NCBI GenBank assembly: GCA_030753015.1
Contig: JASMDC010000013.1
Coordinates: forward strand, 1-64,000
Length of the DNA: 64,000 nucleotides
Direction of reading: 5' to 3'
DNA from: Candidatus Undinarchaeales archaeon
Lineage (GTDB): Archaea > SpSt-1190 > JASMDC01
The stretch's first letter is position 1; each line of letters starts with the position of its first letter. Shown here one piece after another: positions 11,301 to 21,800 of this stretch. Position numbers and translations under genes: made by a program. The notes under the pieces were generated by a model, which ran no database searches, was not told the DNA's origin, and worked only from the letters and a program-made list of their open reading frames with translations.

Positions 11301-14300
11301 TAGTCGTCGGAGTTGGGGAGCTGGCAGTCGATGGCCTTCCCGGTCCCGTCAGAGACCGCAGTGCCCTCTGGATCAGACTCGGAAGCACAATAGCATTGTC
11401 CGGAGACCGTGACGCCGTCCTTGGTGACGACCGCCTTGCAGAAGCCGTAGAAGAGCTGGCGCTTCTTCTCCGGGATCGAGAACTTGTTGCATGCGTCCGT
11501 ACAGGTCTGTGCGGATGTCTGGCCTCCGCTAGCACCACCCTCATTCTGGTAGTCGAAGCACACCGGGTTGGGGAAGAGCCGGCCCAGATCGTCGAACAGG
11601 GCAGCGAGGTTGCGGTAGGCGTCGATGAGCTTTGGTGCTCCCGCCAGGTCCTGCTTGGATGTCGTCTTGAGGCCGAAGCTGCAGAGCATGGGCACCTCCT
11701 TGGGGAAGGAGGCCGTGACGTTGAAGTTGTTACGGTCCTCGACGGTGAGGAACGGCATGTCCTCGCCCGTGCACCCACGCTCGTCGCACTTCACGCACGC
11801 CTCGAGCTCCCCGCCGGCGACCTTTTGGGTCTCGCAGGTGTAGATGCAGTTGCTCGGATCCAGGGTGATGGCGCTGCCGTCGACCTTCTTGATACCGTAC
11901 CCGGAGATCTCGCCCTGGAAGTACGGCTTCCATGCCTTTCCGTCCCAGATGTCAGACGGATAGAATGGATAACATCCGGCGTCCTCGTCCCTGATCTCAC
12001 CGTTGCCCTTCTTGTCGTAGAAGGAAGGTGTGTCCTCGTTACCGTCATTGTCGTGCATATCGTCGCAGGTGACACCGGCCTTCAGGCCTGCGTAGAAGCA
12101 GCCCTTGTTGTCCTTGTCCTCACAGAAGCACTTCTCCCCGCCACGACCGTCGCGCCACGGTGTGATGCGGTAGGGCAGCTTGTTCTTGAGGTTGAGCCGG
12201 TAGCGGAAGGCAGCGTCCCAGAGGGCGCTGATGTTCTGCGGGTAGGTCTTGTCCTTGGCCACATCGTTGAGCGTGTAGAATGTGTCGAAGGTCCCCTCAT
12301 CGGTGGTCACCTTTGTCGATTCGGTACGGTAGGTGTCCTGGACGATCTTGAAGTATCGCTTGTCGAGGTCACCGATGATGGCCATGACCAACTGCTTGGT
12401 CATGATCTCGAAGTCCTGGGAGGTCACATCAGCGAAGGTGTTCTCCTGCATGGTCTCCTCGACCTGCTGCTGGAGGTCCTTGAGCTCAAGACAGTACTGA
12501 GCCTTGCGGGCCCACGCGGCCGAGGGATTGTCCATGGGCTGGCAGTCGCAAGAGTACTCCTCGGGTCGGCTGGACTTGTCCAGGCACTCGAGCCCTTCTA
12601 CATAATGGCCCATCTTGACCTGGAATTCGATCTGGTGCCGGATATAACCGTCAAGGTAGTCGATCATCTTGGTGAGCTTGACGCCCACGTCGCAGGGATC
12701 GTCTGTGGCAGGGTTCTGGTCGCCGATGGTGAACTGTGGCACGCCCTCGTCGGTGACCGAGTCGGCGTTCACGGTGAACATTCGCATGCCGAGCGCCGTG
12801 CAGGCGTTCTTGGCCTTGAGCACATCCCGGATGCACTTCTCCACCGCAGGGGTGTGGGGTATCACGGACCGGGAATTGAAGAGGTTATCCAGTGTGCTGT
12901 CGGGAAGTGTGCGCCACTCCTGGTCGATCGCGACACCGGACGAGCTGGACGCCATCTCCGTGGAGGTAGCGAAACACGCGCTCCCCTGCGTGTAGAGCGG
13001 ACATCGCTTGAAGGACGAGTCGGAGAGCCAGGCCTCGCCGATGGGAGTAGGCCTGTAGAGCTCGCACACGGGCAGGGTGCACAGCTGAACGGCCATCCGG
13101 TAGTCCACCTCGTCGGCGAGCTTGCCACGGATACCGTCCCTGTTGACGCCCTTGTTGATGATATCGCCGATAGCGAAGAACCGCTTCTTGTCCTTCACCT
13201 GCTCGGCAGCAGGATGATTGTCCAGGAGGGCCTCGTGCAGTGTCTTGCGGCCTATCTCCATCCGGTAGGTGGACGTTGTGATCTGACAGCCGCCGTAGGT
13301 CGTGATAACGCTATCGAGCAGACTGTTGCAGCTCTGGCACTGCTTGTTCAGTGCCCCCTTGAGATTGGCGATCGTCGTCTTGATCGTCTTGAGGAAGGTC
13401 ACACGGTCATCCATGTAGGACTTGATGTACTCGAGGTGTGCCCGCTTATTGGCGTGGACGAAGGGATCACAGGTCCCGTCCTCCTTGATGAGACGCCGCT
13501 TCTTCCCACCGCCGACGTCGACACAGTCGTCACCCTCCGTACATGGAGCGGGGCCGACGATGGCCTTGCGGTAGGCCGCGGCGAACGAGGAGTCCATGAC
13601 GATCTGGGCTGAGATCGCGTCCTCGGTACACAGCTTGGAGCGCGGGTCGCCGGACGCGAAGTTGCACTCCTTCTCGATGATGACCTCGCTCTTCTGCCCG
13701 TCGGTGCACACGCCGGCCGTGTTGTCCGTGGGCGTGTTCATTATCTCGTCAGCGAGCTTGGACAGGTCGGGCGTGTTCCCGAACCGGTACAGCTCAGCGC
13801 TGTACTTGAAGAAGGACTGGGTCCAGTCGACGCCCACCGAAGGATCGATCATCGAGCTGGTAATGACGATACCGCGGTGGATGACGTTCTTGTTCTTCAT
13901 GTACTTCAGGCCACCGGAGACCATCTTCTTTCCAAGACGCTTGGCCGCGTGTTCAGCAGCCTCCTTGATGGCGCTCTCGCTGGCCTCCTTTGCCGCTGCT
14001 TTCGCCACCGCCTTCCAGGCGCGTTGGCCTGCCGCCTTCGCAGCTTTCTTCGCGGCGGCCTCGGCGGCCTCCTGCGCGGCCTCCTTTACAAGCTGTTTTG
14101 CCACCCGTTTCGAGCCTGCTTCGACAAGCTCCTTGGACAACAGCTCGGCAGCTTCCTTTGCGGCCTTCTTCGCAGCCACATTGGCCGCATGCTTCACGGC
14201 CCACTTGGGCGCCACCTTGTTGATAAGACCTCCCGCCACCTTCGTCGCTCCCTTCTTCACGGCACCGCCAACGGCATTGGTAGCGGCCTTGTGGATCTTT

Positions 14301-16735
14301 GAGAGCGGCCCGCCATAGCCAATAGAGATGACGAATCCGGTCGCGTGACCAAGGAACTTACCGAGAGCGGCCTCCTCTGAGAATCCGCCTGTGTAGATAT
14401 GACAGCACTTCCCGCCGTTCTCCCGGCACTTTCCGAGCAGACCGTTGGAGGGCGGGTTGTAGATGATGCTCATGAGGAGTTCGGGCTGGAATGACCAGAC
14501 ATACTTGGAGTCCGCCATTGTCGCCTCGGCGGCCTGGCCCACGAGGAAGTCCGCAGGATCCTGTGGCCGGTTGACGTTGGGATCTATAACGGGCAGGAAT
14601 CCCTCGACCCCGTCTATCTCCGCGGTCTCGATGAACGTGATCACGGGCTTCGCTTCTAGCTCGGCCCGGTACGGGCTCTTGATATCTTTGTTGATCCCCG
14701 TGAAGCTACCGAGAAGGTTCTCTAGGGTTAGCGCCCGGATTATCTCAACGTCCTTACCATCACGGTTAACCTTCGTGGTCTCGAACTCCGCCTTTCGGCC
14801 CGATTTGAGGATGGGAGATCCCATATAGGTGACGACGTGTGGCTCGTCGACCTCTCGGGTGCAGTCCAGTACCACTCCGAAAGCATAGCTTTCGACTTCT
14901 TGCTGGGAGAGCTGGGCAGGCCAGAGGCGGCGTGATTTGAACGCGCTCTCGTCGTAGCTGTCCAACAGGGTACCTGTGAAGAAACCCACTACTCCGCTCA
15001 AGAATCCCCCGCCTTCGGAAGCGCCGAGGGCCTTCTTCCCATCGAACGCGCACTCGTTCTCCTTTAGCCCGGAGATCTCGCAGTACTGTTCCTTTATTCC
15101 GTACACTGCCTGTTCCTTCTCGTCCGCTGCATCTCCAGGATCAGCTTCGTTGATGGGACATGTCGCGAACACCTTGGAGTTGAGCGTGATGAGCCAGGGG
15201 AGCTTGAGCTCTCCGTCAGATATCCGTGGTTTCTTGATCGCGTCATAGGTCTTGGTATCAACGGCTGTGTTCCGCAAAAGGTTGCGGGGGCATGCCTTGA
15301 TCTTTTCAACGTCCACTTCCCATTGAGTGCACTCGTACCGGTATTTGTCCTCCTTGCACTTGAAGAAGCGAGGTCCGAGGATGAGGGGTACTCCCAAGGT
15401 CACCATCTCGGCCTGGTTCTCCCGTCCCCACTCGGAGATGGCCGTACCGGTTATGAGCTCGGAGACGTCCTTATCATCAGCGTTTTTCGTCATCCACTCG
15501 GACGGTCCCTTGGCGAAGGGATTACGCCCCTTGGTCATTTTACAGTGATGCATGCACACCGTGCCGAAGAACACGCGGGAAGCTATGTCTGCCTCCTCCT
15601 TCCCACCCGAGAGCAGGTCCGCGGTCATGCGAGCGATGTCCGTGACACCGTAGGTCAACTCCGAAGCGAGCCCCTGGGTGAATCCGGCCGCGTTCTGTGA
15701 TATCTTATCCCTGGTGACGGGTTTGAGCGTGATCTTCTCGTAGCAGTCTATTGCCAGATCGAAGCACTCGTCGCACCGCTCCTCGTTCTTGAGCACGTCC
15801 ACGGTTATGTCGACGCACCGGGACATCGGCCAGCTGGCGAAGAGCATAACATGGGTCAAGTAGGTGTCGTAGACTGCATTGTACAACTCCCAAGCCTGGT
15901 TGAAGTAACAGTCCTTCTGCATGTCACCGGTCTGGCTATCACAGGGCCCGAGCGTGCCCTTCAGGCTCTCCTTGTTGATATCGGCCCATTCATATGCAAA
16001 GAGGGTGGCGAGCGTTGAGATCACATTGCGGAACTCATTGGCCTCCATGACAGCGGCGCGCTCCTTGAAGCCTTCTTTCTCTCCACCGAAGAAGTCGAAG
16101 CTCAGGGCATCGGCAACATGGTCGGCGGCCCCGGGCCCCTCAGGTGCCTCGAGGCGTTCCTCGCATACGGAGTACTCCTCGCCATCTTTCTTTTCTGTCT
16201 TCCACTTCTTGCAGGGGAACCGGTTCTCGACGACCATCTCCCAGAAGGTTATCTCGTCCGGACCACCGTCCGTCCCGTCCTGCATGAGGCAGATAGGGAC
16301 AAAGATGTTCGAGGGCTTACTATCGTCTTCCAGGTTCTCCAGATCGATGTTGAGCCAACCACATCCGGGATCCCCGTCGGCCGCATCTACGAGACTGCAT
16401 ATCTTGAGGGAATAGAGCCGTTCGATGTTGTCGAGAGAGATGTCGAAATGACTTACGCCCTGGGGGTTCAGACCGAAGAATATATCCTTCTTGAACAAAG
16501 GATCGAAATCACCCTCGGAGTCAAGGAATACGTACTTGAGGTCTGGATTGGAGAACACCGCGGTCTGGAGCGCTTCCACCTCGATAGTACCCGCTCCAAG
16601 CTGCTGCATGAGCGGCCGCATCACCTCGAGACAGCCCTTCCCAGATGACGTCGTATCCTCCGCCAAGACCAGGGAAAGGGACAGGATGATTGCTAGGATG
16701 GTCACTATCTCCATCCGCCCGTCCTTTTTAAACAA
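8357..16735 (-). CDS. Giant secreted Cys-rich protein (~2,790 aa) with Ala/Lys helical insert, Ig-like domains and TSP3-like repeats (module 1, gene 1)
   Basis: Likely start ATG 16714 (MEIVTILAIILSLSLVLA signal peptide); many Cys; collinear paralog of 23976-32087 (CFDLAIDCYE, SRxFFG, DWTQxxFxYSAxLxR, FPxPxCFD). Confidence 0.85.
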   Translation of the reverse strand: MFKKDGRMEIVTILAIILSLSLVLAEDTTSSGKGCLEVMRPLMQQLGAGTIEVEALQTAVFSNPDLKYVFLDSEGDFDPLFKKDIFFGLNPQGVSHFDISLDNIERLYSLKICSLVDAADGDPGCGWLNIDLENLEDDSKPSNIFVPICLMQDGTDGGPDEITFWEMVVENRFPCKKWKTEKKDGEEYSVCEERLEAPEGPGAADHVADALSFDFFGGEKEGFKERAAVMEANEFRNVISTLATLFAYEWADINKESLKGTLGPCDSQTGDMQKDCYFNQAWELYNAVYDTYLTHVMLFASWPMSRCVDITVDVLKNEERCDECFDLAIDCYEKITLKPVTRDKISQNAAGFTQGLASELTYGVTDIARMTADLLSGGKEEADIASRVFFGTVCMHHCKMTKGRNPFAKGPSEWMTKNADDKDVSELITGTAISEWGRENQAEMVTLGVPLILGPRFFKCKEDKYRYECTQWEVDVEKIKACPRNLLRNTAVDTKTYDAIKKPRISDGELKLPWLITLNSKVFATCPINEADPGDAADEKEQAVYGIKEQYCEISGLKENECAFDGKKALGASEGGGFLSGVVGFFTGTLLDSYDESAFKSRRLWPAQLSQQEVESYAFGVVLDCTREVDEPHVVTYMGSPILKSGRKAEFETTKVNRDGKDVEIIRALTLENLLGSFTGINKDIKSPYRAELEAKPVITFIETAEIDGVEGFLPVIDPNVNRPQDPADFLVGQAAEATMADSKYVWSFQPELLMSIIYNPPSNGLLGKCRENGGKCCHIYTGGFSEEAALGKFLGHATGFVISIGYGGPLSKIHKAATNAVGGAVKKGATKVAGGLINKVAPKWAVKHAANVAAKKAAKEAAELLSKELVEAGSKRVAKQLVKEAAQEAAEAAAKKAAKAAGQRAWKAVAKAAAKEASESAIKEAAEHAAKRLGKKMVSGGLKYMKNKNVIHRGIVITSSMIDPSVGVDWTQSFFKYSAELYRFGNTPDLSKLADEIMNTPTDNTAGVCTDGQKSEVIIEKECNFASGDPRSKLCTEDAISAQIVMDSSFAAAYRKAIVGPAPCTEGDDCVDVGGGKKRRLIKEDGTCDPFVHANKRAHLEYIKSYMDDRVTFLKTIKTTIANLKGALNKQCQSCNSLLDSVITTYGGCQITTSTYRMEIGRKTLHEALLDNHPAAEQVKDKKRFFAIGDIINKGVNRDGIRGKLADEVDYRMAVQLCTLPVCELYRPTPIGEAWLSDSSFKRCPLYTQGSACFATSTEMASSSSGVAIDQEWRTLPDSTLDNLFNSRSVIPHTPAVEKCIRDVLKAKNACTALGMRMFTVNADSVTDEGVPQFTIGDQNPATDDPCDVGVKLTKMIDYLDGYIRHQIEFQVKMGHYVEGLECLDKSSRPEEYSCDCQPMDNPSAAWARKAQYCLELKDLQQQVEETMQENTFADVTSQDFEIMTKQLVMAIIGDLDKRYFKIVQDTYRTESTKVTTDEGTFDTFYTLNDVAKDKTYPQNISALWDAAFRYRLNLKNKLPYRITPWRDGRGGEKCFCEDKDNKGCFYAGLKAGVTCDDMHDNDGNEDTPSFYDKKGNGEIRDEDAGCYPFYPSDIWDGKAWKPYFQGEISGYGIKKVDGSAITLDPSNCIYTCETQKVAGGELEACVKCDERGCTGEDMPFLTVEDRNNFNVTASFPKEVPMLCSFGLKTTSKQDLAGAPKLIDAYRNLAALFDDLGRLFPNPVCFDYQNEGGASGGQTSAQTCTDACNKFSIPEKKRQLFYGFCKAVVTKDGVTVSGQCYCASESDPEGTAVSDGTGKAIDCQLPNSDDYYKRLYQCCVERYNCENLINKPTSSGEGFLCKCTPSYYEIDPAECGIGSGVSLIVQGAGFEVAGEEGKRRAFLGEPIRGYVKIKNDGTSPFSGSVNLDLVDEYGSSVSKGAEICSEEPTCDSGGELSLTKSRLGKYSQINIGNGRILNITVKDVSSSCQASIEYELTSPGGKYKGAANVPIDRCTSTKLAEIFVLSAEMPEASTSQCDALLRTGSTIKIKVYKETHEGACKRKLQCKDPPSESDVKERVREFCKAHIYQNQDGENALGPGKAKLYYTPEMTITTLMLGSDNRGSLRIRAAAVMGKQAYLSPPFVSGMQLLIERGDPGFEDALFDGEVATVGGKQVSFPGAEVRAVVKVKNTFNSEFAGVVMVRIVDGQGLEVDRYTMDFGSNPIAVGAVGEAATDYIMFTPEDLNKEFRVSITMWTEAGQVLVQDWLGDQTYPKARLSVVQPQMDFTDAFFQLSHDSARSGSAAVGENVMALVVPKNRMPLNFEGLINISIFHENKLMGEAQTSLVVDANAESSTTFESDSSFTIPTVGTYYIHVGVEDANGFPWFRGVLPIQDFPDARLVGRRGRPGDGGEDGDDDGMPDDWEEDNGLDPETDDSTLDPDGDGLLNEDEYEYGTDPNDDDSDDDGFSDGAEITAGTDPNDPNSYPNDVDGDGMHDPWERENGLDPTRNDANEDPDGDGLTNLKEFELGTSPMKKDTDGDYYSDGDEVQARTDPLDPTSHPAGGDPDPNTDNDNDGMDDDWEQLNSLDITRNDAGEDADGDGLSNIDEFRKGTNPQKPDTDGDGFSDGEEVQANSDPLDPLSTPPLPPDPNPDTDGDGMPNDWEEHHGLNPNVDDSADDPDGDDFTNLEEFQNGTDPKKADTDGDTYSDGDEEEAGTDPRDKDDHPDDDGSITEGPVPEGCSGPATQVYSLELCTGGACQSRLNGKGGCFIDLYCKCPEGFMPSIVEKDGACELSDATTRCCTDIRYHRPS
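8610..9560 (-). repeat. Four ~78-aa thrombospondin type 3-like Ca-binding repeat units within the giant protein
   Basis: Repeated DxDGMxDxWExxxGLDP...DxDGDGLxNxxEFxxGTxPxxxDTDGDxxSDGxExxAxTDP. Confidence 0.85.
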
Positions 16736-16762
16736 GACTTTTTACCCCCTTACAGTTACGAC

Positions 16763-16808
16763 AGATAGTTCTATCTAGTTGATATTATGGATTGTGGAGT
16801 TTAAATAG
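16763..16808 (-). promoter_or_regulatory. TATA box and downstream palindrome for the giant-protein gene
   Basis: TTTAAATA (+) at ~16800-16808; AGATAG-TT-CTATCT palindrome at 16763-16776 between it and the start. Confidence 0.4.
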
Positions 16809-17018
16809 TTTTGCCAAAGCACGCTGCGTGCTTCTCTCCGTCCATTTAGAGAAAATACAAGGTTTATTTGGATCCTTTCGCCTGAAACGCTCTTTTTACG
16901 CGAATTCTCGAAAGCTGAGGGCGTTTTTCATTTCGCTACGTGGCGCAGTTCGCTCCCGTCGACGTTCAGGGACGGCGGGTGCCGTTGTATATATAGTTTT
17001 CGGGAGGACGGAGAGGCC

Positions 17019-17717
17019 ATGGAGCCGGCTGTCGAACGTGCTCCCCGCATCCTTTCCCGCCTCTACAGCGCCTACCCGAACGCCACGTGCGCTCTCACTC
17101 ACCAGGACCCATGGCAGCTGCTGGTCGCCACCATACTCTCGGCCCAGTGCACCGACAAACGCGTGAACATGGTAACGCCCGAGCTGTTCGCACGGTACCC
17201 CACACCCGATGCCGTTGCAGCCGCGGAACAGGAAGAGCTAGAGAGTATTATCCATTCGACCGGGTTCTACCACGCCAAGGCACGTCACCTGCGGGCATCG
17301 GCGAGCATCATCGCCGAGGAACATGGCGGTCGTGTTCCCGACAACATGGAGGAGCTACTCAAACTTCCTGGTGTCGCACGGAAGACGGCCAATGTCGTGC
17401 TCGGCACGGGTTACGGCATCGCCGTGGGTGTGGTCGTGGACACGCACGTTTTCCGCATCTCTCGCCGCCTGGGACTCTCTGCTGGCCGCTCACCCTCGAT
17501 TGTCGAGCGTGATCTCATAAGGGTCGTGCCTCGGGACGAGTGGATCATGTATTCACACCTTCTCATCCACCACGGCAGGGCCGTATGTATGGCGCGCAAG
17601 CCTACCTGTAAGGGATGCACGCTTACCGACCTGTGCCCGTCCGCTTTCTTTTCCGAGAGTCGTACCAAGGACCTCCATGTATCACTCAAGGCAGCCCCGT
17701 CCAAAGGAAAGGATTAA
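17019..17717 (+). CDS. nth: Endonuclease III
   Basis: LLVATILSAQCTD, HhH LPGVARKTANVVL, VVVDTHV, C-x6-C-x2-C-x5-C 4Fe-4S motif. Confidence 0.96.
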   Translation: MEPAVERAPRILSRLYSAYPNATCALTHQDPWQLLVATILSAQCTDKRVNMVTPELFARYPTPDAVAAAEQEELESIIHSTGFYHAKARHLRASASIIAEEHGGRVPDNMEELLKLPGVARKTANVVLGTGYGIAVGVVVDTHVFRISRRLGLSAGRSPSIVERDLIRVVPRDEWIMYSHLLIHHGRAVCMARKPTCKGCTLTDLCPSAFFSESRTKDLHVSLKAAPSKGKD

Positions 17718-17744
17718 GAACTCTCGGCCTCGGCGAACACCGTC

Positions 17745-18818
17745 TTGTACGGGGCAGGCGACGAAGTCGAGCGTTTCAGTTTTGCTGAAGCAGAGGCTCG
17801 ATTCGGATCACTGGGCCTGTCCTACGACAACCTCGAGCCGCCCGAGAGAAACGAGCCTGCAGCAGTCAAGGACGAGGACGGCGTGTACACGGTCGTGGGC
17901 AAAGCGCTCACACCTGCCCAGTCCTACCTGTTCGATACGTCCGGCGAGTACCATGCTCTCGACGAAGGTGAGTTCGCCAGAGAGCTCAGGCAGAAGGAAG
18001 GCTACGAGGAGATCATCTCAGTCAAAGGCCTGCGGGCCGATGAGGTAAAGGGCATCGGAATCGATCCGAACGGTGGCCTCGCGAACGGTACGGTGTACGT
18101 GTTCGACCATCCCGGACCGGACAAGGTCGAAGTGGAGATACACGGCCAGGAGTGCAGCGAGCTCGCGAGCTATACGCGCTCCAGGGACCTCCGGCTCGTG
18201 CTCGATCCCGCCAAGTACGGATTCGACGACGACACTACCATATCCTACAATGCTCTCAAGGACGTCAGGGTGGAGTGGTCCGGATTATCCGTGAACGGAC
18301 GTTCCCTTCACCTCAACGAGCGTTCCGACAGCGAGCTCGACCGGCTCTATTCGTCCGGGAACATCGCTGTCAACGGACTTCTCGAGACCGTTGGCGGCAT
18401 CGTGAACGGCTCCATGGAGTACGACACCAAGGTGCTCACTGATGCCCTGACCACGATCGCCCAGGAAAAGGACCTCTCCAAGGAAGCGCTCCAGCGCGAG
18501 CTGGACACCCTCAACGAGGTCCACGCGTACGATCCTGACGCCACCATGACCGGCGTTTGCCGTCATGCGGGACTGCTCATGCGCGATATCCTTCTCTCGC
18601 TCGAACTCGAAGGGGACCGCTACCTCTGGGCCCAGACCACAGGGCTCATCGAGGGTGACGTCCCGGCACTCCATGATTACACGGTGCTCGTCGACCGGGA
18701 GACCGGCCACTGGGCGCTCATCAACAGCAAGACCACGCGTAACGAGATGAATCTCGTCCCGAGGGATCGATTGGACGAGTGCGGGCTCCCCTTCTCAGGC
18801 ATCGGGAAAAACGCGTGA
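17745..18818 (+). CDS. Hypothetical acidic protein with possible C-terminal transglutaminase-like Cys-His-Asn triad
   Basis: GVCRHAGLL...LHDYTVLVD...HWALINS; start uncertain (TTG). Confidence 0.55.
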   Translation: MYGAGDEVERFSFAEAEARFGSLGLSYDNLEPPERNEPAAVKDEDGVYTVVGKALTPAQSYLFDTSGEYHALDEGEFARELRQKEGYEEIISVKGLRADEVKGIGIDPNGGLANGTVYVFDHPGPDKVEVEIHGQECSELASYTRSRDLRLVLDPAKYGFDDDTTISYNALKDVRVEWSGLSVNGRSLHLNERSDSELDRLYSSGNIAVNGLLETVGGIVNGSMEYDTKVLTDALTTIAQEKDLSKEALQRELDTLNEVHAYDPDATMTGVCRHAGLLMRDILLSLELEGDRYLWAQTTGLIEGDVPALHDYTVLVDRETGHWALINSKTTRNEMNLVPRDRLDECGLPFSGIGKNA

Positions 18819-18822
18819 ACTC

Positions 18823-21800
18823 CTAGCCGCTCTCTTCGCTGTCCTCGGACGTTTCTTCCTCGCCCGAGTCGGGAGCAGTGGTAGTCTCCTCGACGCCGCC
18901 CTCGCACTGCCCGAAGAACTTCCACTCACCGGGATTGCGCACGAAGAGGACCTTGCCTGTCGCGGTGTGCGTGGCCGAGGCACCCGTCTCAGCGTCCACC
19001 TCCTCGGTGAACGTGAGAACCATGTCCTTCCATCCTATTACGCTCTCACCACAGAACTGGAGGCGGGACTCCTCGGTAGTGCCGCCGAAGTGTATGCGGT
19101 AGCCCTCCTGGCTCTTGGATACATAGAGCGGGGAGAGGTTCTCCTTGATCTTGGCGTTGGTCTCGGGATCGACGATGTCCATGGTGATTACGCTCTGGGG
19201 GATGATGTCCCGTCCTTTCACCGAGACCATCACGTCCATATCGAACCCGATGCGTTCCATGACCTGGAAGATCGGTTGGTAACGGGAACCAGGGGTCACG
19301 TCGTTGATGTTGACGCGTACCTTCTGGGAGCCCACGACCGAGAGGAAGTCGGCGCTCTTGCCCGACTTACCAAGCCGGTTCACATCTACATGGAGCACGC
19401 GGTTCCCCTCGTTCACCTGACCCCTGACGACGACCGTGAGCACCCACTGACGGATGCCGGGGACGTAGCGCATGGAGAACACTTGGACCTTGCGGCCGTC
19501 AAGGGTGATGGTTAGGTCGTCACGAGTTAGCTCGGTCACCGGTGTCCCCTCCTCGTCCGTCACTCCGAGGTACATCTTCAGGAAGCTGCCGTGCTTCACC
19601 TCGTCCATGGCGATGGTGCTCGGCTCCAGGGAATGGACCTTCACGTTGTACTCCGCCTTTTCGACGGAGTACCACACGGTGAATCCGCTGCGCACCCCTG
19701 TAGTCTCGCCCTTGTAGCGGACGCCGATCCAGACCCATTTCTCACCGGGATTGAGGTGAGTGGCCATGTCCTTGGGGAGGTTCACGGTGACGTGCCAGTT
19801 AAAGTCCCGGCGCTTGACCTCGATCTCCTCGGGAGCGATCTCACGCCCGTTGATGACGACGTTCACGGAGCGCTCGTCGATGCCTGCAGTGAGCGTCTTA
19901 CCCTCGTAACGTACCTCGATGGTGGCCTCCAGTTTCCCCTCACCGAGGGCGATGTCGTTCTGGCGCACGTTGTCCGGGGAGAACGATATCAAGCGCGAGG
20001 AGAGCAATGGCGTGTAGCAGTCATCCCGCGTGCACATCTCGCCCGATCCGCACACATGGTAGAACGAGGCGTCCATGTCGGAGCAGATGCAGTGAGTTGG
20101 ACACATCTCGTACTGGGTGACGAAGGGGAGCTTCTGGAGCCCGGTGACGGCGTAGCGGTCGCCGCCCTCCTCGAGCACGACGAAGGGGACTCCGGTGCTC
20201 TCGCGTCTACAGCTCGATTCGAGGCATCGCTCGTTGAACTCGCACACGTCAGTGAGCATCCCGTCCTTTCGGAAGCACAGGCATACGGGGAAGTCGTCAG
20301 TTGACGGCTGACAGAGCACCTCGGGGCCGATGCAGGGGATATCGACGTCGCGCAGCCCCAGCATCCCGTCGAGGCAGAGACGGTCCAGGTCGGTCCCACG
20401 TTTGCTCTTCGGGATCCACTCGTTGATCTTGAAGGTGACGACGTGGACGCCGTACTCCTCTCCGCGGTACACCTTCACCCTGAGCTGGTAGACGCCCGGA
20501 ATGATGCTCTCCGGGATCTCGAACTTGATGGCGCCGCAGGGGAACGCACGCTCGTAGAGGGTCTCGACCGCCATTCCGGTGTAGTTGACGAGCTCGACGA
20601 CACAGCGTTCGCCAGGTGTATTGATGTAGAGGGCGACGGTATCACCGACGATGTACTCGGCCTTCTCCATAGAGACAGGTACGGGGATATCCGTTCCCGG
20701 GGACACGAGGAACACCTTCTGTGTTGCAGCGGACGTGGCCCCTAGGTCGTTGGTGATCTCCGCCACGACCACGTACTCGCCCTCGGGCCAGGAGGTGTCG
20801 GTCATGATCGGTACCATCGAGCACTCGGGAAGTGTCTTTGTCTGGTAGAGGACCTGCTTGCCACGCATGAGCTTGATGACGCACCCGGTCACCTTACGCT
20901 CCAGGGCAAGTGCCCCCACGATCATGGTCTCTCCCAGGAACAGGGACTCGGCGATCGAGCCGTCCCCTTTGCCGACGTAGATGTACACGAGGAACTCTGC
21001 CGGTTTGAACGTCACCATCCTGCTGGCGTTGTAGAGGTGCTTGTCACCCTCCTTCTTGTAGATGGCGTGGACCATGATCTCGCCCAGGGGACAGATATTG
21101 CTCGGGAACCGTCGGCAGTCGAACTCGAAGGGGCCATAGCTGGTGGGGAGGGTCATCTTCGTGCAGTTGAAGCACTTGTAGATCTCTGAGAGCGGGGTGG
21201 CCCCCCAGGTCATATTGAATATGGTCCAGAGCGCGAAGTCCACCTTCTCGTTGAGGAACACCGTGTCCCCGACCTCATAGGTGTCCTTGTCCGTTGGTAT
21301 GTCCACGCTCCGCCAGCAGTCGATGGTGCCGTCGGGGCATTGGACAGGGAAGTCGATGGCGATGTCCTTCTTGGACTTGATGTCCTCGAGCGTGAATCCG
21401 AATGTGGGGAGCTGGAACTCTATTGAACGCGTGCCCACGTCCTCGTACTCGTCCACGATGAGGAAGTTGAGGGGCACGTAATAGAGCTTTAGCTTGGGAG
21501 TGAGGCTGTTGGGTGAGTAGCCGGCAGAGACGTCGATGAGGTTCTTGATAGTGCGCAGATGGAACGTGATGGTCCGTCTGTCCCTGTCCACCTTGGGAGT
21601 ACATTTCTTTGTATAGGACGGTTTGATGTTGGAGCACACGGCCTCCAGGACCTCTGGTTTGTTGATGTTCTCGAACAGTGTCTGCTCGATGTTGTGAAGG
21701 ATGACGGTCACGTCATTGATAGGTGTCTTGCTCACGTCCGCTATCTCCTCGATGCGTTCGATCTTATTACCGGCAGCTGTGGCGAGCAGCGTCAGCATGA

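Noticed and set aside
11282-13612. 776-aa plus-strand ORF (likewise 38-544, 8792-9916, 22197-23276, 40914-42134, 52697-53848)
   Set aside because: Antisense shadows of real high-GC3 genes; no motifs of their own.
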